62,086 bases of DNA. It comes from a virus (lineage: Duplodnaviria; Caudoviricetes). This document shows, piece by piece, positions 8,312-17,113 of this stretch. The notes beneath the pieces are model-generated. The model did no database searches, was not told the origin of the DNA, and worked only from the letters and a program-made list of their open reading frames with translations. The position numbers and the translations under genes were made by a program. The stretch covers positions 1 to 62,086 of IMG/VR virus record IMGVR_UViG_3300042542_002528, one strand, 5' to 3'. The stretch's first letter is position 1. Each line of letters opens with the position of its first letter.

Positions 8312-8800
8312 ATGGCTAAGTACCGCGTGCAGGACGAGGGTAGCAGCGATGATTTTGATGCGGCCGACGACGATGCCGCTGTCGCTTACGGCAAGCAGTG
8401 GCTGTGCGACGGTAGCTGGGATCGCGACCAGACGCTCTGGCTGCGCGCTTATGTGTTTCGCTTGCAGGAAGATGGCGAGGGTTACGAAATGATTGGCACT
8501 TCCCGCGCCACACTCCACCCCATCATGCCCAAGTGCGTGGGCGAGGAGCATGTCTGGTGTTCTCCGTACCACATTCTCGGAGGGATGAAGGAGAACCCTG
8601 GCGTGTGGGGCAACGGCGGGGGCGCTCGCATCAAGGAAGTCTGCAGCGAGTGCGGGGTGTACCGCGTCACCGATACCTGGGCAACCAACCCATGCGACGG
8701 CACTCAGGGCCACACTTCGGTGGAGTACCTTCCTGCAAACGCGGTGTCATCGGAGTGGGTTCAACAACTTGGTCGACCAGAGGAGGTGAGTGATGGCTAG
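8312..8800 (+). CDS. Hypothetical early protein (C/H-rich, possible Zn binding)
   Basis: Starts in junction repeat; C...H...CSEC motifs. Confidence 0.75.
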   Translation: MAKYRVQDEGSSDDFDAADDDAAVAYGKQWLCDGSWDRDQTLWLRAYVFRLQEDGEGYEMIGTSRATLHPIMPKCVGEEHVWCSPYHILGGMKENPGVWGNGGGARIKEVCSECGVYRVTDTWATNPCDGTQGHTSVEYLPANAVSSEWVQQLGRPEEVSDG

Positions 8801-9059
8801 CCCGCGCCGAAAGATTTCCCAAGAGGAACGCAAGCAGCGTGACGCGCTGATGCGGGTCCATAACTTTGTGATTGTGCTGGTTGTCCGCCGGCTGTTTGAT
8901 GAGGGCCGTGCGCCCTCCGAAGTAGCCGTTCTGTTCGACCGCATTCAGCGGGAGACGGGGCGGCTATGCCTCGCCCACGCGATGCCGGACTGGCACTACG
9001 TTGACGAGTCCCAGGTGGCGTGGGAGGTGTTTAATTGCGTGACCGAAGGAGGTGAGTGA
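8793..9059 (+). CDS. Hypothetical early protein
   Basis: Starts in junction repeat. Confidence 0.7.
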   Translation: MASPRRKISQEERKQRDALMRVHNFVIVLVVRRLFDEGRAPSEVAVLFDRIQRETGRLCLAHAMPDWHYVDESQVAWEVFNCVTEGGE

Positions 9060-9283
9060 TGGCTACGGCTAGAAAGAATCCGATTCCGTTCATAGTGGTG
9101 CTTCAAACCCCGGCGTATGGCACCCTCACCTGGGGGCCGTTCGTCAACCGGGCCGCAGCAACGGAGTTCATCCACGGCGGCGAGCTGAACAACCACATCA
9201 TCAACACCTACGAGCAGGCACCAGCCGGCATGGTGGTGTGGGAGCAGCCGCTGTATTCGGCAACCAAGAATGGAGGTGAGTGA
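9059..9283 (+). CDS. Hypothetical early protein
   Basis: Starts in junction repeat. Confidence 0.7.
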   Translation: MATARKNPIPFIVVLQTPAYGTLTWGPFVNRAAATEFIHGGELNNHIINTYEQAPAGMVVWEQPLYSATKNGGE

Positions 9284-9594
9284 TGCAACATGCACATGAT
9301 GCGACGATCATTCTCAACTACCAAGAGGCTGGCATACTGATGTCGGCGTTGGATCATGCTTTGTGCAAGCAGGGCAAGCCGTCTGCGGAAGAGCTGCAGG
9401 CAATTCGCCCGCTTGTGGACAGGATGGTATCCACGTTTGGGTTCCCGGCCGAACGGTTGGACAGGTTGTTGAAAGGTCAGAAGGTACACGTATACCGGGC
9501 GGCGTTCACAACCCAGCGTTCGTCGGATGCGTTTCGCCGGCGCATGCAAGGCATGCTGGATTCTCAGAAGCAACAGGAGGTGAGTGATGGCTAA
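9283..9594 (+). CDS. Hypothetical early protein
   Basis: Starts in junction repeat. Confidence 0.7.
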   Translation: MQHAHDATIILNYQEAGILMSALDHALCKQGKPSAEELQAIRPLVDRMVSTFGFPAERLDRLLKGQKVHVYRAAFTTQRSSDAFRRRMQGMLDSQKQQEVSDG

Positions 9595-9832
9595 GACTAA
9601 AGAAAGGTGGAGCCTGGAGAAGGCGTACCCGCCGATGCGCATGGTGGATTACATCCCGCTGCGACAGAAGGTTGTGGCGGAGTGGCTGCATTGCGCTGGC
9701 CTGACCTGCGGCGAGTACGACCTGACTCACATTGCTGAGATGATCGAAGCGGCTGTGGTGGATGAACTGAGATGCACCGCCCAAAGCCCGTGGCGTGCGG
9801 TGCGGGAACTCACACAGAAGGAGGCAGAGTGA
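9587..9832 (+). CDS. Hypothetical early protein
   Basis: Starts in junction repeat. Confidence 0.7.
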   Translation: MAKTKERWSLEKAYPPMRMVDYIPLRQKVVAEWLHCAGLTCGEYDLTHIAEMIEAAVVDELRCTAQSPWRAVRELTQKEAE

Positions 9833-10029
9833 TGGCGTTCGCCAAGCATCGGATGATTGAGTTCGACTACGAGCCTGGACACAAGTACCCGTACGTGTGT
9901 GTCGGGTGGTGCGAGGTGGGCGGGATGAACGTCGGCGACCGATTCACCGACGAGGTGGCCGAGGCTTTGATTGCGTATCTGAAAGACGAGATTCGGATCG
10001 TTGTCAACAAACCGGAGGGTGCGAAGTGA
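9832..10029 (+). CDS. Hypothetical early protein
   Basis: AAGGAGGCAGAGTGATG junction. Confidence 0.65.
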   Translation: MAFAKHRMIEFDYEPGHKYPYVCVGWCEVGGMNVGDRFTDEVAEALIAYLKDEIRIVVNKPEGAK

Positions 10030-10442
10030 CAGACAGCGAGATCATGCAGGACTTCTTCGACACGTTCGTTGTGATGAACAAGCTCAACAGCGTGGTCAAC
10101 GTGAACGACTTCCTGGCTGGGCGGCTGGGTCTGCTGGAGTACGGGCCGCAGGCAGATGCCGATCCGCGGCATGTGCTGTCCTGCATCAAACGGATCGACG
10201 CGGGCATCGGCGTTCGGCTAATGCAGTCCTTCGTCACGCTGGAGCATTGCGCTCCTGGCGAGGGGCTGGACAATGTGTGGGCACACTGGTGTCCGTGCCC
10301 CAAGGGTGTTGACCTGCACAAGGCCGACTGCCCGGCAGGCACCATCCCCCTCTGGTCGAACGGCAAGGACACCGTGTTCTGCCGGGTGACGCCGGACAAG
10401 GGGAGCAGCTACCAGATCGACTACGGAATTCACACAGCGTAA
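10026..10442 (+). CDS. Hypothetical early protein
   Basis: GTGA overlap, GGAGG RBS. Confidence 0.7.
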   Translation: MTDSEIMQDFFDTFVVMNKLNSVVNVNDFLAGRLGLLEYGPQADADPRHVLSCIKRIDAGIGVRLMQSFVTLEHCAPGEGLDNVWAHWCPCPKGVDLHKADCPAGTIPLWSNGKDTVFCRVTPDKGSSYQIDYGIHTA

Positions 10443-10645
10443 GGAGGTTCCCATGTGCAAGGATGCACTACAAGCGTTGCATGTTCTCGCCACCGCCATC
10501 CTGGTCTTGTTGGCCGGGCAATTGAAAGAGGTGGCATTGCAGATTCTTACGGAGGTGACAAATGGGCGGTGAGTTCCTGGACTTTCTGTGCGGAGCGTCG
10601 ATTGTGCTTGCGGTGTTGTGGTTCTCTGCTTCACGGGGGTGACCT

Positions 10646-11437
10646 ATGATCTACGGCTACGCTCGCGTGTCGACCGACAGGCAGGAGAACTCTGCCGACG
10701 CGCAGTCCGCTCGGCTTGTCGCCTACTGCGAGCAGTCCGGCCTGCCGTTCGGTGGCCTGTACGTGGACCAGGATCAGAGTGCCTACCGCATCCCGCTCAA
10801 TCGCAGGCGGGAGGGGAAGAAGTTGTGCGATGCCCTGCAGCAAGGCGACACCCTGGTCTTCACCAAGATCGACCGCGTCTTCAGGTCGTTGCAGGATCAG
10901 TGCAACACGCTGGCAAGGTGGGAATCACTGGGCGTGCAGGTCATCATCCTGGACATGCCGCTGCAGTACTCCGATCCGATGGGGCGCTGCACACTATCGG
11001 TCGGCGGCGCGTTCGCTCAGCTTTCGTCTGAGCTGACGGGCCAACGCATCCGTGAGGTCAACGCCCACCTGCGCCAGACTGGCAGGCCCTACTCCACCTC
11101 CAGACCGTTCGGTTGGGTGGTCAAGGACAAGGAGTACGTGCCGTGCGAGGCGGAGCGTGCGCTTGGCCGGCGTGCCTTGGAGATGAACGACCGCGGCGTC
11201 ACGCCGGCAGCTATCGCCTTGGCTTTCGTAAAGGAGGGGGTTGAGAAACCTCGCAAGATTCGGGGAAGGGCGGCGTGGTACAACGTCTCCGATATGTATT
11301 TTCTGATCCGTTCGGCGAGAGCCGGATTCCCAAAGCTGCCGCAACGGATGCCGCAAGGCGCCTGGAACGACGCGATGCAACGCGCAGTGGAATCTGGTGG
11401 TTCTCCGCCACCCAGTGAAGTGTCCGCCCGTGGATGA
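10646..11437 (+). CDS. Serine recombinase (resolvase/invertase catalytic domain with C-terminal extension)
   Basis: MIYGYARVSTDRQ catalytic Ser motif; KIDRVFRS motif; PFGW. Confidence 0.93.
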   Translation: MIYGYARVSTDRQENSADAQSARLVAYCEQSGLPFGGLYVDQDQSAYRIPLNRRREGKKLCDALQQGDTLVFTKIDRVFRSLQDQCNTLARWESLGVQVIILDMPLQYSDPMGRCTLSVGGAFAQLSSELTGQRIREVNAHLRQTGRPYSTSRPFGWVVKDKEYVPCEAERALGRRALEMNDRGVTPAAIALAFVKEGVEKPRKIRGRAAWYNVSDMYFLIRSARAGFPKLPQRMPQGAWNDAMQRAVESGGSPPPSEVSARG

Positions 11438-11834
11438 AGCGGTCGGTGGCGAGCGCCCTGTCTTCTTCGGGCAGCTCTGAGATAGCCAGACGCAGGTGGT
11501 CCAGCTCGTCAAACTCTGGCAGCACATCGGCCGCCTCTTCCAAGCTGATCTTCTCCACGCCCGGCGTGCGCGTCAGCTTCTTGATCAGCTTGTACATCCC
11601 GTTCAAGCAGGCCCGTGCGAAGTATGCACGGGGGTAAGGCAGACGCTTGGGGTCGTAGGTGTCTGCCGCTTTTACTAGGGCGAGGTAGCCCTCTGCCTCC
11701 AGGTCTTGGACGTACAGTTGCTTCTGCCAGCCGGGCCGGTTCTGAACGAAAAACTTGGCCAGCATGGAGGCCAAGGGCATGTGTTCAACTATCCAAGTCT
11801 GGCGCTTTTTTGAGCGCTTGTATCGCTTCTTCAT
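11211..11834 (-). CDS. Sigma-70 family RNA polymerase sigma factor (regions 2 and 4, FliA/SigF-like)
   Basis: DLEAEGYLALVKAADTYDP (region 2); AISELPEEDR...GRTLHWVA (region 4 HTH). Confidence 0.88.
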   Translation of the reverse strand: MKKRYKRSKKRQTWIVEHMPLASMLAKFFVQNRPGWQKQLYVQDLEAEGYLALVKAADTYDPKRLPYPRAYFARACLNGMYKLIKKLTRTPGVEKISLEEAADVLPEFDELDHLRLAISELPEEDRALATDRFIHGRTLHWVAENHQIPLRVASRRSRRLAASVAAALGIRLSPNGSENTYRRRCTTPPFPESCEVSQPPPLRKPRR

Positions 11835-12012
11835 GCAGGTCTAGCCGTTCCTCATGCTCCGCCAAGGTCGCGCGGAGTTCCTCAAACATTTCCGGGAGCG
11901 TCTCCACGCTGTTGGCTATCACGGCCACCTTGGCATGGAGAGAAAACGCCCACGGAATTACGGCTGCAGCCACGGATATTCCCAGCATCCACAGCTCTGT
12001 CTCTGGACTCAT
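11785..12012 (-). CDS. Small membrane protein with coiled coil (holin/spanin-like architecture)
   Basis: Hydrophobic LWMLGISVAAAVIPWAFSL followed by heptad-rich charged tail. Confidence 0.65.
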   Translation of the reverse strand: MSPETELWMLGISVAAAVIPWAFSLHAKVAVIANSVETLPEMFEELRATLAEHEERLDLHEEAIQALKKAPDLDS

Positions 12013-12296
12013 AGACCCCTCGCAATCGCAACCAACATCAGCGCCGCATACGGATGCAGCGCGCCCTCTTCGCAGTGGACCTTGATCATCTGCACTGCAC
12101 GGTCCTCTTCTCCCACCGGGTACTGGTACACATGCGTGTGCCCGTCGTACTTCGCGCTCAGTCTAATGCGTTCAACGCTTCGGCTTTCATCGCTGCCAGT
12201 GTTGAAGCAGGCTCTTTGAAAATCCATCTTGCCAGCCAGTTGCTGATGAGTGAGATGAGCAGGGGCAGTACGAAGATCAGGAACACGCTGCCGCAT
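12009..12296 (-). CDS. Hypothetical protein (true start probably downstream)
   Basis: ATGA coupling to next gene; fills gap. Confidence 0.5.
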   Translation of the reverse strand: MRQRVPDLRTAPAHLTHQQLAGKMDFQRACFNTGSDESRSVERIRLSAKYDGHTHVYQYPVGEEDRAVQMIKVHCEEGALHPYAALMLVAIARGL

Positions 12297-12460
12297 TCGG
12301 GGTGGCGCGTCTTGTAATTGGTGGCGATCTGCTTACGCCACTTCCTTTTGTCTGGCGTGGCGCAGGCGATTGCGATCAGCACCACCTCGCCGGCCTTGCC
12401 GGACAGCGTGCCCGCTCCTGTGTCCTGCAGGCAGCGGTCAGCTACGTCCCGTGCTGTCAT
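12158..12460 (-). CDS. Small membrane protein
   Basis: TM segment VFLIFVLPLLISLISNWLA; ATGA coupling. Confidence 0.7.
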   Translation of the reverse strand: MTARDVADRCLQDTGAGTLSGKAGEVVLIAIACATPDKRKWRKQIATNYKTRHPECGSVFLIFVLPLLISLISNWLARWIFKEPASTLAAMKAEALNALD

Positions 12461-12705
12461 CGAATCCTCATCGGCGGGTGGAGCAGGGCCTTGTACTTCT
12501 TGCAGTCACAGGTGTCGGGGCAGGGGCAGTCGGTCACATGCCCATCGCCGTGAATGATCTTGCCGCCCACGCACTTGGGCTTGCCTGAGCAGCAGCCGGT
12601 GGGCGTGTCTTCCTTACGGGTGACGATGACCACGGCCGCTTCAGCGGCGACCCGTTCCTGGTAGGTGGGCGGTGCGATCAGTAGCCAGAGGAGGAGGTGT
12701 GTCAT
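12457..12705 (-). CDS. Small exported or anchored Cys-rich protein
   Basis: N-terminal hydrophobic stretch; CC...C...GDG...CPC...CDC. Confidence 0.7.
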   Translation of the reverse strand: MTHLLLWLLIAPPTYQERVAAEAAVVIVTRKEDTPTGCCSGKPKCVGGKIIHGDGHVTDCPCPDTCDCKKYKALLHPPMRIR

Positions 12706-13634
12706 TTCGATAGCAGTCCTATTGCGCCCAGGTCAGGGAGTCTCTGAGGGGGGAACCCTTCGACGTTGCCGTACGCCCAGCAGTCACCGTCCTCCACGCA
12801 CACGGCCCAGTCTTCGGCGCGCGTGATGATCATGCCGGGCACAGGCGGCGGGTAGTCGTCGGGCCAGTCCTTCGGCAGTTGGTTCCATGCGCCCCAGCTA
12901 TTCGCCATGAAGAACACAGTGAACGGCCAGAAGGTCTTGGTGTCGTCGTACCCAACCGTCGCAAGGTCATGCGCCCATCCGCCCGGGGCACGGTTGTGGT
13001 AGTGCTGCTTGTTTGGGGACGCAGACCACTTCGCGTACTGCCCTGAGTGGATGCCGTACCCATTGGCGAGGCAGTCCATCGCATCCCTGACGGTGGTGAG
13101 CTGCCGGATGATTCCGACCTTGGTCTGCTTGCACTCGTCCAAGATTTCTTGCGGGATGCCGGCCGATCCCCACCTGTCACCAAGTGAGCCGTCGTACTTC
13201 GACAGGTCGTACTTACCTACCTTCTTCCGCAGCATGTAGCCGTGGTCGCGTTCAAACATGGAAGCGCGGGCCGGGATCATGCCCGCACCGCCGTTGCCAC
13301 GCGCGCCGTACGTAGGCTCGGTCGCACTGCGAGAGACGAAGCTCTTGTGTTCGCCGGCCACCATGATGGCGGTGGCTCGCGTGCAATCACGGGCATTGCG
13401 GCTACCGTGGGACACACAGTCGGAAGTCGTTTGCACCTCAGTGAACGACAGCGGGTCCAGCGCTCGGGCGTACGCCCAGAGGCACGCCTTCTTGCCCTCG
13501 CTGGAGTTGGCGCTGTTCGGCTCGGCGTACACCGGGCGGGGCTGACTCTCTTGCCACAGCACCCTGTCGCGGGCGGAATCAATCCAGCCCTGCAGCCCGT
13601 CGTCGTATGCCTGGAGAGGGGAGAAGTCAGCCAC
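12702..13634 (-). CDS. Papain-like (clan CA, C1-type) cysteine peptidase
   Basis: Q-TTSD-C-VSHG (oxyanion Gln, catalytic Cys), WAH...VGYDD (His), NSWG (Asn). Confidence 0.88.
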   Translation of the reverse strand: MADFSPLQAYDDGLQGWIDSARDRVLWQESQPRPVYAEPNSANSSEGKKACLWAYARALDPLSFTEVQTTSDCVSHGSRNARDCTRATAIMVAGEHKSFVSRSATEPTYGARGNGGAGMIPARASMFERDHGYMLRKKVGKYDLSKYDGSLGDRWGSAGIPQEILDECKQTKVGIIRQLTTVRDAMDCLANGYGIHSGQYAKWSASPNKQHYHNRAPGGWAHDLATVGYDDTKTFWPFTVFFMANSWGAWNQLPKDWPDDYPPPVPGMIITRAEDWAVCVEDGDCWAYGNVEGFPPQRLPDLGAIGLLSK

Positions 13635-14016
13635 CTTGCTTCGCCACCTCCCGGCACCCGGCGATCACATCGTCCAGAGTCTCACCCTTCAGGGCGACAT
13701 CCTCTGGCGCAACGTGTTCGCCCAGCACCTTCTCCACCGCCACATCCAGGCCAGGGTACTTGCCCTTCATCTCACCCACCGCAAGACGCAAGGTGGCGGA
13801 ATGAACGTCCCGCCACACTGCCAGCGTGGTGATCTGCTTGCCGCCGTCACGCTCAGTCACATCAGCGAGCGCGGTGTAGATGCCGGACAGCTTGGCCTTG
13901 TCTGCCTTGGTGGCGGTTGCCATGGCTTGGGCTACTGGGCCTGTGGCCTGCGGCCGGGCCGGCAGGAAGCCGATGACAACCAGCACCAGGGCGATGGCTA
14001 CTGGGAGATGCTTCAT
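13627..14016 (-). CDS. Signal-anchored or secreted helical protein
   Basis: MKHLPVAIALVLVVIGFL signal-like N-terminus; ATGA coupling. Confidence 0.72.
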   Translation of the reverse strand: MKHLPVAIALVLVVIGFLPARPQATGPVAQAMATATKADKAKLSGIYTALADVTERDGGKQITTLAVWRDVHSATLRLAVGEMKGKYPGLDVAVEKVLGEHVAPEDVALKGETLDDVIAGCREVAKQGG

Positions 14017-14234
14017 CCCTGCACCTTCAACAGTGCAGCAAGCAAGGCGTTGCACGCCGCTCGCACTGCCTCGTCCTGGTATCGATCTCGGACGGCGACC
14101 ACCGCCTCCACGGAGGAGAGGATGGTGTCGGGCTTGGCGCTGCGCCATTTGATCTTGCCGACGAGGGAGCTTCCGTACACACCAGCGATGGCAAGGGCCA
14201 ACGCGCACAACGACAGAATCTGATAAGTCGTCAC
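14013..14234 (-). CDS. Small membrane protein (73 aa)
   Basis: GTGA overlap with the S8 stop; TM ILSLCALALAIAGVYG. Confidence 0.68.
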   Translation of the reverse strand: MTTYQILSLCALALAIAGVYGSSLVGKIKWRSAKPDTILSSVEAVVAVRDRYQDEAVRAACNALLAALLKVQG

Positions 14235-15178
14235 AGGATTTTCGCTCCGGGAATAAAGATCGTCACGCCGTCTCGGGATGCGGTCACGCTGTAGAAGTTC
14301 ACCAACTTGTGCGGGTCTAGTAGCCCCCACCCGTACAGCGTGTCCTTGCCTGGGTCACCAACATCCCTGCACGTTTTCTCCAGCGCCTGCGTCACGGCGC
14401 TGTGATCGACCCTCTTCCCCTCTCGCTTCGCCGCTGACACGTACAGCGCGAGCGTCCCTGCAACGAACGGCGCGGCCATGCTGGTGCCGCTCACCGTTGC
14501 GTATCCCTGATTCAGCCATGTGCTTGTGATGCCCTCGCCCGGTGCGGCAACGGCGATCTCCTTGCCGCGGGAGGAGAACTGGCAGGCGTTGCCCGCCTTA
14601 TCCACCGCACCCACGCCAATCGTTTCCTTGTATGCGGCCGGGTAGTTCACCGACCCGCCGTCGTTCCCGGCGGCGCAGACGACGATGATGCCCGCGGCAT
14701 GTGCATCGCGAATCGCCTCATGCACGCGGTCGTCCGGGAGCGTTGAGCCAAGGGACATGCAGCAGATGTCGGCCTTGGCTTCGACTGCGTGCCGCACTGC
14801 AGTCGCCACTGCGTCGTTGCTACCCATGCCGCTGTGGCCCAGCACCTTGAGCGACAGAAGGCGAGCCGCGGGAGCGATCCCTTTCGACAGGCCAGACCTC
14901 GCGGCAATGATGCCGGCCACATGCGTGCCGTGCCCGACCGTGTCCACCACATCGGAGTCGGAGCTGAAGTTTCTCCAGTCCGCCACCGCGTCGATCAAAG
15001 CGCCGTGCTTGCTGATCCCGGTGTCGATCACCGCCACCGTCACGCCCTCGCCCTTGGTCTGCGACCAGAGCTGCGGTATGCCGTACGACTGCACGCCCCA
15101 GTCGACACCCTCAGAGAGAGAGTGCGGGACGTTGGCGAGGTCTACCCGGTAGGGCGGGAGATGAACGTAGCCGCTCAC
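14231..15178 (-). CDS. Subtilisin-family (S8) serine peptidase
   Basis: VAVIDTG (Asp), HGTHVAG (His), AAGN (oxyanion), GTSMAAP (Ser), YGWG. Confidence 0.97.
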   Translation of the reverse strand: MSGYVHLPPYRVDLANVPHSLSEGVDWGVQSYGIPQLWSQTKGEGVTVAVIDTGISKHGALIDAVADWRNFSSDSDVVDTVGHGTHVAGIIAARSGLSKGIAPAARLLSLKVLGHSGMGSNDAVATAVRHAVEAKADICCMSLGSTLPDDRVHEAIRDAHAAGIIVVCAAGNDGGSVNYPAAYKETIGVGAVDKAGNACQFSSRGKEIAVAAPGEGITSTWLNQGYATVSGTSMAAPFVAGTLALYVSAAKREGKRVDHSAVTQALEKTCRDVGDPGKDTLYGWGLLDPHKLVNFYSVTASRDGVTIFIPGAKIL

Positions 15179-15543
15179 TTCGCCTTATCCGAGATGGACT
15201 GCAGGATGCTGATCACCAGCGGCAGGATGACATCGCACAGCAGCTTCCAATCGACGTTGATCGCCAGCGCGTGGGCCTCAGTCTCCGCCCGCTCCTTGGG
15301 GTCCGGGAAGCTCATGGTGGACACGCCGCCGCGGTCGTCGTAAACGATGCTGTATGTGTCACACAGCATCTTCGGGTTGGTCACCGTGGTTTCGATGACC
15401 GGCATCAGGACGCGGGCGATGGAGTCAACAATCGCCCACTTCTCTGAGTAGGTCGCGTCGTTCTTCCAGCTCTTGGCGATCTCAACTACCTTGAGCAGCG
15501 CCGTCTGGTTGGCAAGCAGCCACTGAATCAGCTTGAGATTCAT
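15175..15543 (-). CDS. Hypothetical protein with C-terminal hydrophobic helix
   Basis: LLCDVILPLVISILQSI; GGAG RBS; coupled to S8. Confidence 0.68.
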   Translation of the reverse strand: MNLKLIQWLLANQTALLKVVEIAKSWKNDATYSEKWAIVDSIARVLMPVIETTVTNPKMLCDTYSIVYDDRGGVSTMSFPDPKERAETEAHALAINVDWKLLCDVILPLVISILQSISDKAK

Positions 15544-15985
15544 CTTCATCTTCTCCAAATACGTGGGCATGGCAGGCGATTCCGACCACGGCGTGGCCGG
15601 CGATGTCGAAGAGTGTCTCGTCAATAGCTATTGTCCGATCCGTGAACATCAGCGAGCGGAGCCGGCGGCACTTCTCCCCGATCCTGGCGAGCTGGTAGAC
15701 CCACGGTTCGATGCCCTCTTCCGCCACGCCCAGTGCGTTTTCCAAGGGGTTCTGACCACAGCCGTAGTAGCCCCGCTTCCTGGACAGCAGCCGCCACAGC
15801 CGGACGCAGATGCCCCAGTAAGGATCGTCCGCCAGAAGGGCGTCCAGCTCACCAAGCAACCTCTCGGCTTGCCTTTGTGATTCGTCCGTACTCGGACCAG
15901 AAGGAGGGGTGGTGCCAGGGGTCTTCGGCTGTGTCGTCGGCGTCACAAAGGAAAGCAGTCCGTGCATGCGCCCACTCCTCCACAA
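15482..15985 (-). CDS. Nucleotide-modification-associated (Nmad1/DUF1599-like, all-helical NTP-PPase-like) protein; start uncertain
   Basis: RK...YG...NPLEN...RIGEK..RL...IDETLFDIAGHAVV pattern. Confidence 0.7.
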   Translation of the reverse strand: MWRSGRMHGLLSFVTPTTQPKTPGTTPPSGPSTDESQRQAERLLGELDALLADDPYWGICVRLWRLLSRKRGYYGCGQNPLENALGVAEEGIEPWVYQLARIGEKCRRLRSLMFTDRTIAIDETLFDIAGHAVVGIACHAHVFGEDEDESQADSVAACQPDGAAQGS

Positions 15986-16193
15986 AGGTGTCGATGATCA
16001 GGTTTCGTTCTAGGGAATCCAAGAGACAGATGATGCCGGTATCGTTGTCGTCGTCGTAGAGGAAGTACCCAAGGTGGTCACCCATCTTCTCCCGCGGGCG
16101 GAGGTACACCCGTAGCGGGAACGTCACCGGCCAGCGGTTCTCCGCCCACCGCTTCAGCTTCTTCACCAAGCAGCGCCGCCAATCGCTTGGCAT
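15849..16193 (-). CDS. Small zincin-like protein with variant EEWAH motif
   Basis: G...I...DTFVEEWAHA...HHPSFW..Y resembles SprT/ImmA-type minimal metallopeptidases. Confidence 0.6.
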   Translation of the reverse strand: MPSDWRRCLVKKLKRWAENRWPVTFPLRVYLRPREKMGDHLGYFLYDDDNDTGIICLLDSLERNLIIDTFVEEWAHARTAFLCDADDTAEDPWHHPSFWSEYGRITKASREVAW

Positions 16194-16476
16194 CGGAGAG
16201 CCTCACCATCAGGAGCCAGGGCTTGTCGTTCCTTCGGTGCAGTACCACCGGGCACTGGCCGCCGGCATCGCGGACGGCCTGCTCCACCCAGTCGTAGGGG
16301 TTGCCACGCTCGCACCGCTTCACCTCTAGGTGAATGTCGGGCGTGGAGGTGACGACATCCGGGCTATCGTTTCCCCCGGCAAATTGCTGGCCCCGCCGTG
16401 CCGACCCGCCGACGAACTCCATCCACGCCTTGGCTGCCTCCAGCTCACCACGCTTGCCCTTAGACCGTGAGTTCAT
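16078..16476 (-). CDS. Holliday junction resolvase (PD-(D/E)xK, Hjc-like)
   Basis: MNSRSKGKRGELE...RRGQQFAGG..SPDV...HLEVKR. Confidence 0.88.
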   Translation of the reverse strand: MNSRSKGKRGELEAAKAWMEFVGGSARRGQQFAGGNDSPDVVTSTPDIHLEVKRCERGNPYDWVEQAVRDAGGQCPVVLHRRNDKPWLLMVRLSDAKRLAALLGEEAEAVGGEPLAGDVPATGVPPPAGEDG

Positions 16477-16736
16477 CGGGTGGCCCTCGCGACGGGGCCG
16501 TTGGCATGGCGGTCATCCACAGCCACCACATCCGGGAACTCGGACATGATCTCCCGCACAGCGTCTGATGCGGTGAGCTTGTTCAGGACCTTCTCGTTAC
16601 GGCCGATCCACGTAGCAATCTGGTTGCCGTATGCGTGGTCCCGCTTGTCGCCCAGCGTGTTCCAGAACACGGTGAGGTTGTGGTTCACCGTACGCTGGCT
16701 GATGCCCGATTGGATCATGGGTTCCGTGCGCTCCAT
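16473..16736 (-). CDS. Hypothetical protein
   Basis: ORF coupled to the resolvase. Confidence 0.6.
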   Translation of the reverse strand: MERTEPMIQSGISQRTVNHNLTVFWNTLGDKRDHAYGNQIATWIGRNEKVLNKLTASDAVREIMSEFPDVVAVDDRHANGPVARATR

Positions 16737-17113
16737 GTCTTCGTATTCCTCAGACGTTCTTCGGCGTAGTACTCAGGCAACGGCTCGGGGTCGTAGCCCA
16801 AGTGTTTCTTGTGTTTGAGGGAGGCTAGGAATGAAGGGTCGTAGTTGTCGGGGTCACACTCCTGCTTCACGCCAAGGAGTATACCTTTGTTCAGGTCCGG
16901 CTGCTTGGCATACACCTTGCCGCTGTGGTACACGCCGTGGCATCGCTCGCACAACCGGAGGTACTGTCGGATGTCATGCTTGCGACCGGCGCCGCCGACG
17001 AGGTGATGTACCTCTAGGCCACGGCGACCGTCCGACTCAGGCCACCAGCACACAGCACAGCAGCGATGGAGCTGGACCCACTCCAAGAGGGCGGAGCGTT
17101 CAGCAAAGTTCAA
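16715..17113 (-). CDS. HNH-fold nuclease-like protein
   Basis: CAVC...EVHH...LCERCH...H. Confidence 0.75.
   Translation of the reverse strand: MNFAERSALLEWVQLHRCCAVCWWPESDGRRGLEVHHLVGGAGRKHDIRQYLRLCERCHGVYHSGKVYAKQPDLNKGILLGVKQECDPDNYDPSFLASLKHKKHLGYDPEPLPEYYAEERLRNTKTWSARNP

Larger units (their letters stand above)
8055..9593 (+). repeat. Dispersed GGAGGTGAGTGATG gene-junction repeats (8055, 8301 variant, 8782, 9048, 9272, 9576)
   Basis: 14-bp core at six consecutive gene starts; 19-bp AGGAGGTGAGTGATGGCTA identical at 8781, 9047 and 9575. Confidence 0.9.
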
